64,000 bases of DNA from Candidatus Bathyarchaeia archaeon (lineage in GTDB: Archaea; Thermoproteota; Bathyarchaeia; Bathyarchaeales; Bathycorpusculaceae). Positions 51,610-62,047 of the stretch are shown in pieces. Both the position numbers and the translations under genes were made by a program. The stretch's first letter is position 1. Every line of letters begins with the position of its first letter. Under the pieces are notes generated by a model. That model searched no databases, was not told the origin of the DNA, and saw nothing but the letters and a program-made list of their open reading frames with translations. The DNA is taken from the NCBI GenBank assembly GCA_038882955.1, contig JAVZNC010000004.1, positions 1-64,000 on the forward strand, in the 5' to 3' direction.

Positions 51610-53088
51610 TCATCCCTTTACAACCGCTATCGGCACCATTCTGGCAACTTTCGTAGCAATTCCAACCTTGTCACTTACGTCGGCAACTATGTCAACATTT
51701 TTGTAGGCTGGGTCAGCCTCCTCGGCAAGCACCACAGAACTTGCAGACCTAACGTATATTCCCCGCTGTTCCAAGGCTTTCTTCACGTCTCCACCCCAGA
51801 ACCTCCTTTTCGCAGCATTTCTGCTAAGCATTCTTCCAGCGCCGTGTGCTGTTGAACCGAAGCTTATTTGCATGGCTTTTTCCGTACCAACCAGAAGCCA
51901 GGAGCTCGTTCCCATGCTTCCAGGTATAAGGACTGGTTGACCAACCACTCTGTAGTCTGCTGGGATTTCTGGATGAGTAGGCGGGAAAGCCCTTGTTGCA
52001 CCTTTTCTGTGAACCCAAACCTTCCGCTGCTCGCCGTTGACCCTATGATTTTCTATTTTCGCAATGTTGTGAGCCACATCATAAATGAGTTTTAAGCCGA
52101 ACCTTTCTGGGTCTTGCTTGAAAACTTGTTTGAAGCTCTGCCTAACCCAATGCATTATCGTTTGACGGTTTGCAAACGCATAATTTACTGCGCAAGCCAT
52201 CGCCTTGTAATAATCCTCAGCCTCGTTGCTGTTTCCAGGGGCGCATGCAAGCTCTCTGTCTGGTAGTACAATCTTGTATTTATGCACCGCCCTTTCCATA
52301 ACCCGCAAATAATCAGAACATATCTGATGCCCGTAGCCGCGGGAGCCGCAGTGAATCATTACCGTTACTTGTCCTTCGCTTTCTATTCCAAAAGCCTTAG
52401 CAGTGCTAGGGTCATAGATTCGGTCGACTTTTTGGATTTCTAGGAAGTGGTTTCCAGAGCCCAAAGTGCCGATTTGAGTTAGTCCCCTGTTCTTGGCTGT
52501 TGTTGAAACCTTGTCTGGATCCGCGTTTTTCATGCATCCGCGTTCTTCGCAGTGTTCCGCGTCCTCGTCCCACCCCAATCCTTGGTCGATTACCCATTGA
52601 ACGCCTTCAACGACAAGCCTATCCAAATCGTGTTCCGTAACCCTAAAGTCTTTTCTTCGGCTTCCAAGTCCACATGGAACATTATCAAAGATTACGTTTG
52701 TAAGTTCAACAAGTTTTGGCTTTAAGTCTTTTTCAGACAAGTTTGTTGTTAGTAGGCGGACTCCACAGTTTATGTCGTAGCCAACTCCGCCTGGGCTGAT
52801 TACGCCTTCCTCGTAGTCTGTGGCTGCAACGCCGCCTATTGGGAAGCCATAGCCTTCATGTCCGTCTGGCAGTGTGATTGCGTGTTTGTATATGCCTGGT
52901 AAGTGAGTAACGTTTACGCATTGTTCAAGCGTTCTATCAGTTTGCATTTTCTCAAGCAAGTCTCTGTTAGCGAATATTATTCCTGGGACTCTCATTCCCG
53001 GCTTATATTTTGGGATGCGCCATGTGTAATCGTCTATTCTTTCGAGTGGAACTTTCTCTGTTGGTGGGCGACCTTCGCCTTCTTCCAT
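51610..53088 (-). CDS. rtcB: RNA-splicing ligase RtcB
   Basis: PDGHEGYGFPIG, GYDINCG, GSGNHF, HRKGAT, PGSMG, HGAGR. Confidence 0.96.
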   Translation of the reverse strand: MEEGEGRPPTEKVPLERIDDYTWRIPKYKPGMRVPGIIFANRDLLEKMQTDRTLEQCVNVTHLPGIYKHAITLPDGHEGYGFPIGGVAATDYEEGVISPGGVGYDINCGVRLLTTNLSEKDLKPKLVELTNVIFDNVPCGLGSRRKDFRVTEHDLDRLVVEGVQWVIDQGLGWDEDAEHCEERGCMKNADPDKVSTTAKNRGLTQIGTLGSGNHFLEIQKVDRIYDPSTAKAFGIESEGQVTVMIHCGSRGYGHQICSDYLRVMERAVHKYKIVLPDRELACAPGNSNEAEDYYKAMACAVNYAFANRQTIMHWVRQSFKQVFKQDPERFGLKLIYDVAHNIAKIENHRVNGEQRKVWVHRKGATRAFPPTHPEIPADYRVVGQPVLIPGSMGTSSWLLVGTEKAMQISFGSTAHGAGRMLSRNAAKRRFWGGDVKKALEQRGIYVRSASSVVLAEEADPAYKNVDIVADVSDKVGIATKVARMVPIAVVKG

Positions 53089-53154
53089 TTTTTCACCTAC
53101 CCTATGAAGTGAGTTGCTAAAATATAAGGAATTTTGGTGTTTAAACCAAAACTT

Positions 53155-54084
53155 TCAACTTGCCAAACCCTTTTCTTTCTTGACAAAATCGATGAAGCCT
53201 TCCAAGCTCTCTCTCAATGTTGTCTCGCTTAGGATAGGATGTATTCTCAAATATTTTAGCGCTTTCTTAACAGCATCATCATGCTCAATTATCCTTTCCT
53301 TAATAGCTTCAAATTCCTCTCCATTTTCCACACCTTGTCTGGCAATGCTTTCCCAAAGCCGAATTTGCTTCGCATATGTTTGGAGTTTTTTAACGGCTTC
53401 TTCTGCCTTGCCAAAGTGGCTATAATACAGAAATTTTGGTTTCAAGTGCATCATTTTATTGATTGAATCTAATGCAACATTTAGGTAGAAGGGCATGGGT
53501 GTTGTGGGCACGATTACGCCAAGTGTGTTTAGGTATATACCCGCTGCGTCTCCGGTGAAAATTCCGTTGCTTAGTGGCTCATAATAGCACACGTGATGTG
53601 AAGCATGTCCGAGAGTTTCAACAATTTTAAGGGTGACTCCGTCTCCGACATCGATTGTTGCGTCGTCAACTGCTGGAATTATTCGCTCTTCTGGAACTGG
53701 TTCTGGGGCGCCGTAAATTTTTGTTATTTCTCCTAAAACTGCTTTTGATTGCACCCAAAGCTTTTCTGGATTAATTAAATGCTGCGCCCCCCTTGGATGA
53801 ACTATGACTTTTGTTTTTGGCAGATGCTTCATTAATGTTCCAACACCTCCACCATGGTCTAGGTGAATGTGGGAAAGCGCTACGTAAGCCACATTTTCCG
53901 GTTTGATGTTTAGCTGTTTTAGGCTTGAAATTAAATTTGGTATTGATGATGTTGGACCCGTTTCTATTATTGCTGTTTTTTCTCCTTTTAGGATGTAGCT
54001 GGCTATGAAATTTTCGATTCCAGCAGTTTCCAAATCTACTAGGTACAAGTAATCTTCCAGCTTTGTTATTTGCATCTTCATCAC
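53155..54084 (-). CDS. MBL-fold metallo-hydrolase
   Basis: SHIHLDHGGG, GHASHH, TGDAAG, SHFG. Confidence 0.9.
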   Translation of the reverse strand: MMKMQITKLEDYLYLVDLETAGIENFIASYILKGEKTAIIETGPTSSIPNLISSLKQLNIKPENVAYVALSHIHLDHGGGVGTLMKHLPKTKVIVHPRGAQHLINPEKLWVQSKAVLGEITKIYGAPEPVPEERIIPAVDDATIDVGDGVTLKIVETLGHASHHVCYYEPLSNGIFTGDAAGIYLNTLGVIVPTTPMPFYLNVALDSINKMMHLKPKFLYYSHFGKAEEAVKKLQTYAKQIRLWESIARQGVENGEEFEAIKERIIEHDDAVKKALKYLRIHPILSETTLRESLEGFIDFVKKEKGLAS

Positions 54085-54365
54085 ACGCGCTTTCTGGAAA
54101 CATGGTTTCCATCTTTCACGTGTTTAAACGTTTTGTAATGAAACCTTTTAAATGCGCCGTGGAAATTTTCAGTCGTGGAAGCATGCTAATCAAAATAGTT
54201 CGGGAATTAACGCTAGAGGATGTTAGGGAGCGGATTAAAGGTTTTGAAAAGGATTTCCTTCCAGTGAAGGAAATGAGTTTCATAATACGCTGAAATGGGC
54301 AAATTACAAAGTCTAAAACATAACGCTTAATTATTGACCCTATTTTTAACGAAGTACAGCTAAGA

Positions 54366-55043
54366 ATGTTAGGAATGAGGAATATGGTTAATGCGATAAT
54401 TTTTGGTGCGCCTGGTTCGGGGAAAGGCACTTATGCTTCGCGGTTGCAGTTTAGGCTCGGCGTTGATGTCATCGCCACCGGCGATGTTTTCAGGGAGATT
54501 ATGAAGGAGGATACGCCTCTTGGGCGTAAGGTGAAGGGTTATGTTGAAAAGGGTTTGCTTGTTCCAGACGATGTTGTCTTTGAAGTTCTAAAACAGCGTA
54601 TGGCAAAGATTCCAAGCGGCAAGGGCTTTATTTTGGATGGTTACCCGCGTACAATTGAGCAGGCGAAGGCTTTGGAGAAGATTGCCAAGATAGACGTGAT
54701 AATTCAGCTGATAGTTCCAGACTGGATAATCATTGAACGCCTTTCAGCGCGGAGGATTTGCAGAAAATGCGGAGAAGTTTACAACCTAAGATACTTGAAG
54801 CCTAAAGTGGACATGATATGCGACAAGTGTGGCGGCAAACTTTACCAGCGTTCTGACGACACTCCAGAAGTTATAAAGAGACGGATTGAAGTTTATGAAC
54901 AGCAAACTAAACCAATACTTGAATATTATAAGGAAAAAGGCATTCCATTCGTTGGATTCAAAACGGAATCGCTGGAGATGCCCCCCGAGGTTGCCGTGGA
55001 AGAAATCATCAAAGGCTTGAAAAAGCTAAAGCTAATCGCTTAG
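54366..55043 (+). CDS. adk: Adenylate kinase (LID-containing type with Zn Cys)
   Basis: GAPGSGKGT, GDVFR, LDGYPRT, CRKCG..CDKCGG..QRSDD. Confidence 0.93.
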   Translation: MLGMRNMVNAIIFGAPGSGKGTYASRLQFRLGVDVIATGDVFREIMKEDTPLGRKVKGYVEKGLLVPDDVVFEVLKQRMAKIPSGKGFILDGYPRTIEQAKALEKIAKIDVIIQLIVPDWIIIERLSARRICRKCGEVYNLRYLKPKVDMICDKCGGKLYQRSDDTPEVIKRRIEVYEQQTKPILEYYKEKGIPFVGFKTESLEMPPEVAVEEIIKGLKKLKLIA

Positions 55044-55044
55044 G

Positions 55045-55482
55045 TTAAATGTCAAGTATAAACCTTAAGACGACTTTTCCAGGCTTTTTGATTATTTCCA
55101 TCATGTGGTATGTTATTGCTTTGACGCCCATCTTTTGCACATGCTTTTTTGGGTTAAATTTTTCTCCCCAAATTTTAGCCTCAAGTCTAAAACCATCTGA
55201 AGTCTTCGTTAGGCTTTGAATTTTAAATTTCGAGTAAAGCATCTCGTTTAGTTCAAATTTCACCAGCAAGGCTTCAAGCCAACTGTAAAGAAGCGCTTGT
55301 TCATCATGCGCCGCGACTTCCACACTATCACTAACCTTTGGATCAACGTTTTTTGTGTCAGTCATGACTTCGAACATGGCGAGGGCTGCATTTTCAAAGG
55401 CTTCAGTCAAGTCTCTACCATAAGCTGCAATGTAAACGTCTGCCGTGTGTTCCAGAAACTCGAAGCCTTTCTTTGTGTTCAT
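55045..55482 (-). CDS. Archease
   Basis: FLEHTADV, VKAITYH, C-terminal LDI. Confidence 0.94.
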   Translation of the reverse strand: MNTKKGFEFLEHTADVYIAAYGRDLTEAFENAALAMFEVMTDTKNVDPKVSDSVEVAAHDEQALLYSWLEALLVKFELNEMLYSKFKIQSLTKTSDGFRLEAKIWGEKFNPKKHVQKMGVKAITYHMMEIIKKPGKVVLRFILDI

Positions 55483-55548
55483 TTCAACATAAAAAAGTTG
55501 GCTTTGAATTTAAAATGATTGTGCTATTTTCTCCCAAAAAAGAGATGG

Positions 55549-56592
55549 TTAGAAGTATTTTGGAATCTTTTGTATCGCCGCGACTGTAAGTTTTACCGCC
55601 TTTTCCGCATCTTCCAAGCTTAATAGTGAAGTTGGACTGTGAATGTAGCGTGTAGGCACAGATATGACGCCGCTTGGCACACCTTCACGAGTTAACGCAA
55701 TACGCGCTGCATCTGTTGAGCCTGGCAATCCAGTTTCAAGCTGGTATGGAATCTTGTTCTCCTCAGCGGCGTCGATAAGCAAGCGTAAGACTTTTGGATG
55801 CGTAATCAACCCCATGTCTGCAACCTCTATTGATGGACCTTTCCTAAGCTTTATTGGAGCTTCAACCTCCTTTACGCCTGGCATGTCGCCTGCAACTGTC
55901 ACATCTAATGCTATGCCCACGTCTGGGTTTATTCCAAAAGCAGCTGTTGTTGCCCCCCTTAAGCCAACCTCCTCCTGCACTGTTCCAACAGCGTATAACG
56001 TGCATTCTGTGTTTTTGAGAAGCTGCATTGCCTCAACCATTACTGCACATCCAACTCTATCGTCGAAAGCCTTCCCCATAACAATGTCTTTGCCGATTCT
56101 TGCAAATTTTATGTCGAAAGCCACGGGGTCTCCGATTTTTACGCCCATTTTTTTGGCTCCTTCATGGCTTTCTGCACCTATGTCTATGAAAAGCTCATCA
56201 TATGTCATGATTCTCTTTCTTTCTTCTTCCTTCTGTATGTGCGGCGGTTTTGAACCAATAATCCCGTGCAGTGGACCCTTTTCCGTATATACCAGGACTT
56301 TTTGGGCTAGTAGTATGCGGTCGTCTATTCCGCCTATCTTCGCGAACTGCAAGAAGCCCTCTTTAGAGATAGTCTTTACTAGCAAGCCTATCTCGTCCAT
56401 GTGGGCTGCAAGCATGACTTTTGGCGCGTTTTTCTTCCCCTTCTTTATCGCTATAACGTTTCCAAGCTTGTCCTCCTTCACGTCGTCAGCGCACTTTTCC
56501 AGCATACTCTTCATTAATTTCCTAACTTCTTCCTCTCTTCCAGCAACTCCACATGCGTTGGAAAGTTTTTCTAAAGTTTCTGCAAGTCCCAT
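55549..56592 (-). CDS. M42 family (TET-like) aminopeptidase
   Basis: AAHMDEIG, KAFDDRVG, QEEVGLRGA, TDA, RYIHS. Confidence 0.93.
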   Translation of the reverse strand: MGLAETLEKLSNACGVAGREEEVRKLMKSMLEKCADDVKEDKLGNVIAIKKGKKNAPKVMLAAHMDEIGLLVKTISKEGFLQFAKIGGIDDRILLAQKVLVYTEKGPLHGIIGSKPPHIQKEEERKRIMTYDELFIDIGAESHEGAKKMGVKIGDPVAFDIKFARIGKDIVMGKAFDDRVGCAVMVEAMQLLKNTECTLYAVGTVQEEVGLRGATTAAFGINPDVGIALDVTVAGDMPGVKEVEAPIKLRKGPSIEVADMGLITHPKVLRLLIDAAEENKIPYQLETGLPGSTDAARIALTREGVPSGVISVPTRYIHSPTSLLSLEDAEKAVKLTVAAIQKIPKYF

Positions 56593-56760
56593 GCTTTTCG
56601 CCTCGAAATAATAGGCTAGAATCGTAAATATTTATATTAAACAGTTGCGGTATACAAAACCGAAACTAGTGTGGGATTGCATAATTTGCGTCCGAAAAGG
56701 TGCTGAGATAATTATTGAACAAGAATAGACTTTTAAACGTGTCAGGGTGGCGGCATAGAA

Positions 56761-57603
56761 TTGTCGTTTGAAATACAAGAGTTACCAGACATTATACGTG
56801 TCATCGCACTCTTAAGCCTAGGCAAAGGAGGCCCGCTAGACAAGCATTTGCTGAAACGTAGGGTAGACAAGTACTGTGCGGGCTACGTTTGCGTTGACAT
56901 AAGGGACATTGAAGAAGCATTGGAGGAGATGGGTAAAGAAGGCTTACTGGTTAATGATGGCGGGACTATCAAGCCGACTGAAAAGGGTTTAAGGCTGAGT
57001 AGGGAATGGCGCAATCTGCTTTTAAAAAGGGAGCCAATTTTAGAGGTTGTCGCTGGTTTAGCGGACGGTTCGATAACGGGGCTTGTGGCTGTTCTTTCAG
57101 CGTTTATAGCCAACTTACCAGCAAACACGGCGGCTTTCGCCGCAATTTTAAGCCTAGCAGCAGTTACAATAACAAACTTTTCCAGTTTTCTCTTGGGCGG
57201 AAAAACTGAAGATCTTGCAGATTTGCTCACGCTTAAAGCGTTGATAGACCATAGCCTAAGCGACATACCAGACAAAATTGAAAGGGGCAAGTCCCTAAAG
57301 CTTGTTAGGCAACTATTCATAATTTTGCGAAAGGAAATTAATAGGTCAAACATTTACGCTGCAGTAATAGCCAGTACAACAACATTTCTGGCTGGAATAA
57401 CACCAATAATCGCCTACTTAACGCTTCCAAAACCGTTCAGCCTAATCCTGTCGCTGGGAATAGTAGGCGCAATAATAGGCGTTTTTCTCGTGCGCTACCG
57501 CTCCCAAAAAACAAAGGTACATTGGAAAATAACCCTAGGCGAAACCATAGCCATAATCATAATCGCTGTCATAGCATCGCTAATACTCAGCGGAATCAAA
57601 TAG
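56761..57603 (+). CDS. wHTH-like domain fused to a VIT1/CCC1-like membrane domain
   Basis: N-terminal GLL..TEKG; GLADGS; FLAGITPIIAY; about 5 TM helices. Confidence 0.62.
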   Translation: MSFEIQELPDIIRVIALLSLGKGGPLDKHLLKRRVDKYCAGYVCVDIRDIEEALEEMGKEGLLVNDGGTIKPTEKGLRLSREWRNLLLKREPILEVVAGLADGSITGLVAVLSAFIANLPANTAAFAAILSLAAVTITNFSSFLLGGKTEDLADLLTLKALIDHSLSDIPDKIERGKSLKLVRQLFIILRKEINRSNIYAAVIASTTTFLAGITPIIAYLTLPKPFSLILSLGIVGAIIGVFLVRYRSQKTKVHWKITLGETIAIIIIAVIASLILSGIK

Positions 57604-57645
57604 CAAAATTTTTGTCAAGTTCTCTTCACTTAAAGGTGTGGTCGT

Positions 57646-58353
57646 ATGCGGAGCTTTCAAGTAAGCTTAACAGCGGTGTTTGCAGCACTGCATGCCGTGT
57701 TATATTTTATATCGTTTGGTTTGTGGCGCAACTGGGGAATATACCTCGAATCCATAGAAGGCATAATCCTCGGTCCAAAATTGGGTTTTACAGCAGCGTT
57801 TATAGGCTCTTCAATTGCGCGAATGATAAGGCCGGACGAGCTTTGGATGTTCGGCATAATAGCCGAACCAGTAAGCGTTCTCGTGGCAGGTTTATTGGCA
57901 GAGACAAGGTGGAAACCAGTTTTAGGATTATACGCTATAACTTTATCAGCGTATTTCATCCATCCTTACGGAAACCCGTTTGGACAAGGTCTTCCGTTAT
58001 GGACAATTCTCGATGTATTATTTGCGCTTTTCCTTATCTATCCAACAGCCAAGTTTGGCGGAAATTTGCTTAACATGAATCTCAAGCGTTTACCAATTAA
58101 GTTGACGTTGATTTCTTTCGTTTGCATAGCCACAGACTCGCTAATTAGGATATTTCTTCTGGTTCCATGCGGTCTATACAACCTATTCTCTTACTTCAAC
58201 ACATTTAAAAATCTCTATGCTATTTTTGTTGAAGCTGCCACTGCCTCGTATATCGAAGATTCAATCGTGGTTATTGTTTCATTTACCGTGGGTGTGCCCT
58301 TGCTAATTAGCCTTTTAAAACTTAAGCTCCTTAAGAACGAACACAAAGAATAG
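57646..58353 (+). CDS. Membrane protein, ECF S-component-like
   Basis: TAVFAAL...GIILGP..G..AAFIG pattern; multiple TM helices. Confidence 0.6.
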   Translation: MRSFQVSLTAVFAALHAVLYFISFGLWRNWGIYLESIEGIILGPKLGFTAAFIGSSIARMIRPDELWMFGIIAEPVSVLVAGLLAETRWKPVLGLYAITLSAYFIHPYGNPFGQGLPLWTILDVLFALFLIYPTAKFGGNLLNMNLKRLPIKLTLISFVCIATDSLIRIFLLVPCGLYNLFSYFNTFKNLYAIFVEAATASYIEDSIVVIVSFTVGVPLLISLLKLKLLKNEHKE

Positions 58354-58367
58354 CATTGCGAAACATT

Positions 58368-58595
58368 CTATTGCGGCGGTGGCGGTGGTGGTTGCTGCTG
58401 TTGTTGTTTTTGCAGTTCCAAATATTCTGTTATAAGCAGTACGCCTTCTATTATTAGGAATATGCCAACTATTATTCCGATTAGCGCTGGTATCAATATC
58501 ACTAGGATGCCGAAAATTATGCAGAGAACAGCCAGAACGGGCTTTGAAACTGTGATGCCAATTTTCTTTAAGCCTTTCTCTACGACTTCAGTCAC
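58368..58595 (-). CDS. Small membrane protein (DUF3096-like) with a polyQ/polyP tail
   Basis: AVLCIIFGILVILIP.LI.IIVGIFLII.G; GTG start after GGTGA. Confidence 0.65.
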   Translation of the reverse strand: MTEVVEKGLKKIGITVSKPVLAVLCIIFGILVILIPALIGIIVGIFLIIEGVLLITEYLELQKQQQQQPPPPPPQ

Positions 58596-58703
58596 TATGC
58601 TCACCCTTTTATGCAGTGTGGGAATTGCCTTGACTTTGGTATTTAAGCCAGTGGCTGTAGCATTCAATAATGACAATTTTTAAACGTGGCAACTGCAGTA
58701 TAA

Positions 58704-59681
58704 GTGAGAAGAGGTGTTGGTTTGCCTGAACAATTCAAAAAGGTTTTTATCTTTTTGGACACGGATAAACATGCAAGCCCATTCGACATACTGACAACAA
58801 TAGACGCCTTTCCAGACGCCACAATATTGAAGTATGAAAGCGTAACCGCTGAGGACGCTGAAAAAATAGTTTATGACGCCATGTTTCCAAGGGGACCAGA
58901 AGGTGCAAAACACACAAAAATTTTCATAAACGGACGCGACTTCAAAATGGTGAACGAGATTTTAGAAAGAGCCAAAAAATGCATGTTCCCACCATTTGAA
59001 CTTTCAGTAATAGTTGACCCGCGAGGAGCATACACAACAGCAAGCGCCGCCGTAGCAAAAACCTTGGAACTTTCAATTGAAAAGGGCTTTGGCGGACTGG
59101 AAGGCAAAAACGTTACGGTTCTTGCTGGAACTGGACCAGTAGGTCAGACTGCTGCGAGGCTTTATGCTTCTGAAAAGGCGAATGTCATTGTCACGTCGCG
59201 TGAGCTTCAGAAGGCTTCGTCCATAGCGGTGAAAATTAATGAGGAATTTGAAGAAGAACGAGCAAGAGGAGTTGGAGCTCAAACTCCAGATGAAATTGGA
59301 AAAGCCATAGAAAATGCAGATATAGTTTTATCTGCTGGCGCTGCTGGAACACAGCTGCTTCCCATAGAAGTGCTTAAAGAGTATGGCAGAAAATGCAAGA
59401 TAGTTGCTGATATAAACGCCATTCCACCATTAGGCGTTGAAGGGTTGAAGTCAAAGGCTGAAGGGGAAGAATTTCTGCCGAACGTTTTCGGGATAGGCGC
59501 CTTAACAATAGGAAAACTCAAAAACAAGGTTGAAGTTGAGCTAATTAGAAGAGCTGCTGAAGAGCCGAAAGGCATATTCGATTATAAGATGGCTTATGAA
59601 ATAGCCAAAAAGCTGGTAACTGAAAAACTTAAAGAGAAAAGTGGGCAAACAGTTGAGCCGCAAAAACATTGGCTGCCCTAG
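58704..59681 (+). CDS. mtdB: NAD(P)-dependent methylene-H4MPT dehydrogenase, MtdA/MtdB-like
   Basis: TDKHASPFD, FPRGP, DPRGAYTTASAAVA, AGTGPVG, DINAIPP.GVEG, GAL.IG.LK. Confidence 0.8.
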   Translation: MRRGVGLPEQFKKVFIFLDTDKHASPFDILTTIDAFPDATILKYESVTAEDAEKIVYDAMFPRGPEGAKHTKIFINGRDFKMVNEILERAKKCMFPPFELSVIVDPRGAYTTASAAVAKTLELSIEKGFGGLEGKNVTVLAGTGPVGQTAARLYASEKANVIVTSRELQKASSIAVKINEEFEEERARGVGAQTPDEIGKAIENADIVLSAGAAGTQLLPIEVLKEYGRKCKIVADINAIPPLGVEGLKSKAEGEEFLPNVFGIGALTIGKLKNKVEVELIRRAAEEPKGIFDYKMAYEIAKKLVTEKLKEKSGQTVEPQKHWLP

Positions 59682-59695
59682 CGAAGTGATGCTTA

Positions 59696-60628
59696 ATGAG
59701 CGAAAAAAACTTTCTTTTTAAGGCTGAAAATGGCGTCGCATGCGAAATTGTTGACACTTTTGCGGAGATGTTTCCACTTTGGGCTGGACGCGTGCTAATA
59801 ACCGCTGACAGCGAAAAGTGGGCTTTGAAAGCCGCTGAAGTTGCGACGGGCTTCGCCACAAGCGTTATAATGTCTCCTGCGGAGGCTGGAATTGAGCGGT
59901 TTGTTTCGGCTGAAGAGACTCCAGACAAGCGTGTAGGTGCATTGATTCAAGTTTACAATAGGAATAGGCTTGAACTGAAAAATCAGTTGATACTGCGCAT
60001 AGGGCAATGCGTGATGACTTGTCCAACAACAGCCGCTTTTGACGCTATGCCAAACGCTAAAAGGCGCTTGAAGGTTGGCAGAAGCATAAGGTTTTTCGGC
60101 GATGGATTCCAAAAGAAAGGCATAGTCGGCGATAGAAAAGTTTGGAAAATCCCAGTGATGGAAGGCGAGTTCATAGTTGAAGACTCTTTTGGAGCTGCTG
60201 AAGCGGTTGCTGGCGGAAACTTCCTAATCCTAGCGAAAGACAAGGCTTCTGGGCTTGTGGCTGCCGAAGAAGCCGTTAAAGCCATAAAAGCAAAAGCAAA
60301 GGACGTGATTCTCCCATTTCCAGGCGGCATCTGCCGTTCTGGCTCAAAGGCTGGCTCTTTGAAGTACAAGCTTAAGGCATCGACGAATCATCCGTTCTGT
60401 CCAAGCTTAAAGGCTGTTGTTCAGGATTCGCAGTTGCCGCAAAACGTTAATTGCGTTTACGAGATTGTGATTAATGGCTTAACGGTGGACGCGGTTAAGA
60501 GAGCTATGGGGATTGGAGTTAAGGCGGCTGCTGGCGTTCCTGGAGTTGTTAGGATTTCGGCTGGCAACTATGGCGGAAGGCTTGGTCCATACAAGGCTTT
60601 TCTAAAAGAAGTTTTGGAAATCGTCTAG
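59696..60628 (+). CDS. ftr: Formylmethanofuran:H4MPT formyltransferase
   Basis: DTFAEMF, TGFATSVI..PAEAGI, RIGQCVMTCPTT, GG..RSGSK, SAGNYGG.LG. Confidence 0.95.
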   Translation: MSEKNFLFKAENGVACEIVDTFAEMFPLWAGRVLITADSEKWALKAAEVATGFATSVIMSPAEAGIERFVSAEETPDKRVGALIQVYNRNRLELKNQLILRIGQCVMTCPTTAAFDAMPNAKRRLKVGRSIRFFGDGFQKKGIVGDRKVWKIPVMEGEFIVEDSFGAAEAVAGGNFLILAKDKASGLVAAEEAVKAIKAKAKDVILPFPGGICRSGSKAGSLKYKLKASTNHPFCPSLKAVVQDSQLPQNVNCVYEIVINGLTVDAVKRAMGIGVKAAAGVPGVVRISAGNYGGRLGPYKAFLKEVLEIV

Positions 60629-60687
60629 GCTTCTTTTCCATCCTAAACTTTTATTTGACACCATGTTATCTAGCTTTTGGCTAAAAC

Positions 60688-61971
60688 GTGACCAGTGAGA
60701 AACAGTTGAGCACAATAAAGAGAACATCCCTTGAGCTGTTCAGACTCAAAAAAACACTGATGACTCTAGCCAACAAAGAAGGACGCGGAACAGAACTCGT
60801 TTCGCTTTATATTCCACGTGGAAAGCAGATAAGCGAAGTCATGAACATGCTTAGGGACGAGTATGGAACAGCTTCAAACATCAAATCCACGACTACACGA
60901 AAAAATGTTCAAGACGCCATCGTGAAGGTTCAGCAGCGCCTAAAACTTTTCAAGGAAACACCAGAAACTGGACTCGTAATCTTTTGCGGAGCAATTCCGC
61001 AGAACGGTGCTGGAAGCGAGAGGATAGAAACGTACGTGATAATTCCTCCAGAACCAATAAACATTTACCTGTACCGCTGCGACTCGCGTTTTCACACTGA
61101 ACATCTGCAAGAGCTTTTGCGTGAAAAAGAGACTTACGGCATAATCCTAATAGACTCTTCAGACGCCACACTTGCAACACTTCGCGGGAGAAGACTCGAA
61201 ATAGTTAGGGAGATAAGTTCTGGTGTGCCTGGAAAAACTCGTGCTGGTGGGCAATCAGCTAGGCGATATGAAAGGCTTAGGGAGATGCGCCTTCAAGACT
61301 ATTTTAGGCGTGTGGGCGAACACGCGAACGAAACTTTTTTGCCCATAGGCGATTTGAAGGGACTTATAATCGCTGGTCCGGGTCCGACAAAATACGATTT
61401 TGAGAAGGGCGATTACCTGAATTATATGTTGAAGGAGAAGGTTTTGGACGTTGTGGACACGGCTTATGTTGGCGAGCAAGGCGTTAAGGAGGTTGTTGAC
61501 AAGGCTCCAGAAATAATGCGCAAAGTGCGCTATATTGAGGAAAGGCGTATTGTTCAGCAGTTCCTATACGAGGTTGGGCATGATACTGGATTGGCAACAT
61601 ATGGTGAAGAAGAAGTGCGAAAAGCCTTGGAAGCCGGCGCTGTTAGGACGCTGCTCCTTTCAGAAGGACTTGACATCGTGCGTGTTACGGTTAAGTGCAG
61701 CGCATGTGACTACCAGGAACAGCAAACCATTAAGGGTAGCGTGCTGACGAGCTTCGAGCAGAGTCTCTCTGGTAAGCCATGTCCAAAATGTAATGCGCCA
61801 TCTTTGATGATTGCTGAAACTCAGGAGTTAATAGAGAATTTTGCACAGTTGGCTGAATACACGAACACTGAGGTGGAGATAATTTCAAGCGAAACTGAGG
61901 AGGGGCATATGCTTAAAAACTCCTTCGGCGGAATCGCAGCCATCCTTAGGTTCAAACTTCAAAATCAGTAG
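60688..61971 (+). CDS. prf1: Peptide chain release factor aRF1
   Basis: TASNIKS, YRCDS.F, GGQSARR, FGGIAAILR; CSAC/CPKC insertion. Confidence 0.96.
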   Translation: MTSEKQLSTIKRTSLELFRLKKTLMTLANKEGRGTELVSLYIPRGKQISEVMNMLRDEYGTASNIKSTTTRKNVQDAIVKVQQRLKLFKETPETGLVIFCGAIPQNGAGSERIETYVIIPPEPINIYLYRCDSRFHTEHLQELLREKETYGIILIDSSDATLATLRGRRLEIVREISSGVPGKTRAGGQSARRYERLREMRLQDYFRRVGEHANETFLPIGDLKGLIIAGPGPTKYDFEKGDYLNYMLKEKVLDVVDTAYVGEQGVKEVVDKAPEIMRKVRYIEERRIVQQFLYEVGHDTGLATYGEEEVRKALEAGAVRTLLLSEGLDIVRVTVKCSACDYQEQQTIKGSVLTSFEQSLSGKPCPKCNAPSLMIAETQELIENFAQLAEYTNTEVEIISSETEEGHMLKNSFGGIAAILRFKLQNQ

Positions 61972-62047
61972 GCGTCAACATCGACTAAATGTAAAATTTG
62001 CGAAAAAGATTATTTTTATAAGAACCTAGCATTATTCGGGCGTCGAA

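Noticed and set aside
54183-54293. Short ORF MLIKIVRELTLEDVRERIKGFEK
   Set aside because: May be a truncated gene remnant; too short to assign
55664-56611. 315-aa plus-strand ORF and similar long antisense ORFs (e.g. 28802-29446, 40288-40842)
   Set aside because: In-register shadows of well-supported genes on the opposite strand
58371-58410. polyQ/polyP trinucleotide tract
   Set aside because: Mixed codons and short; an ordinary low-complexity tail
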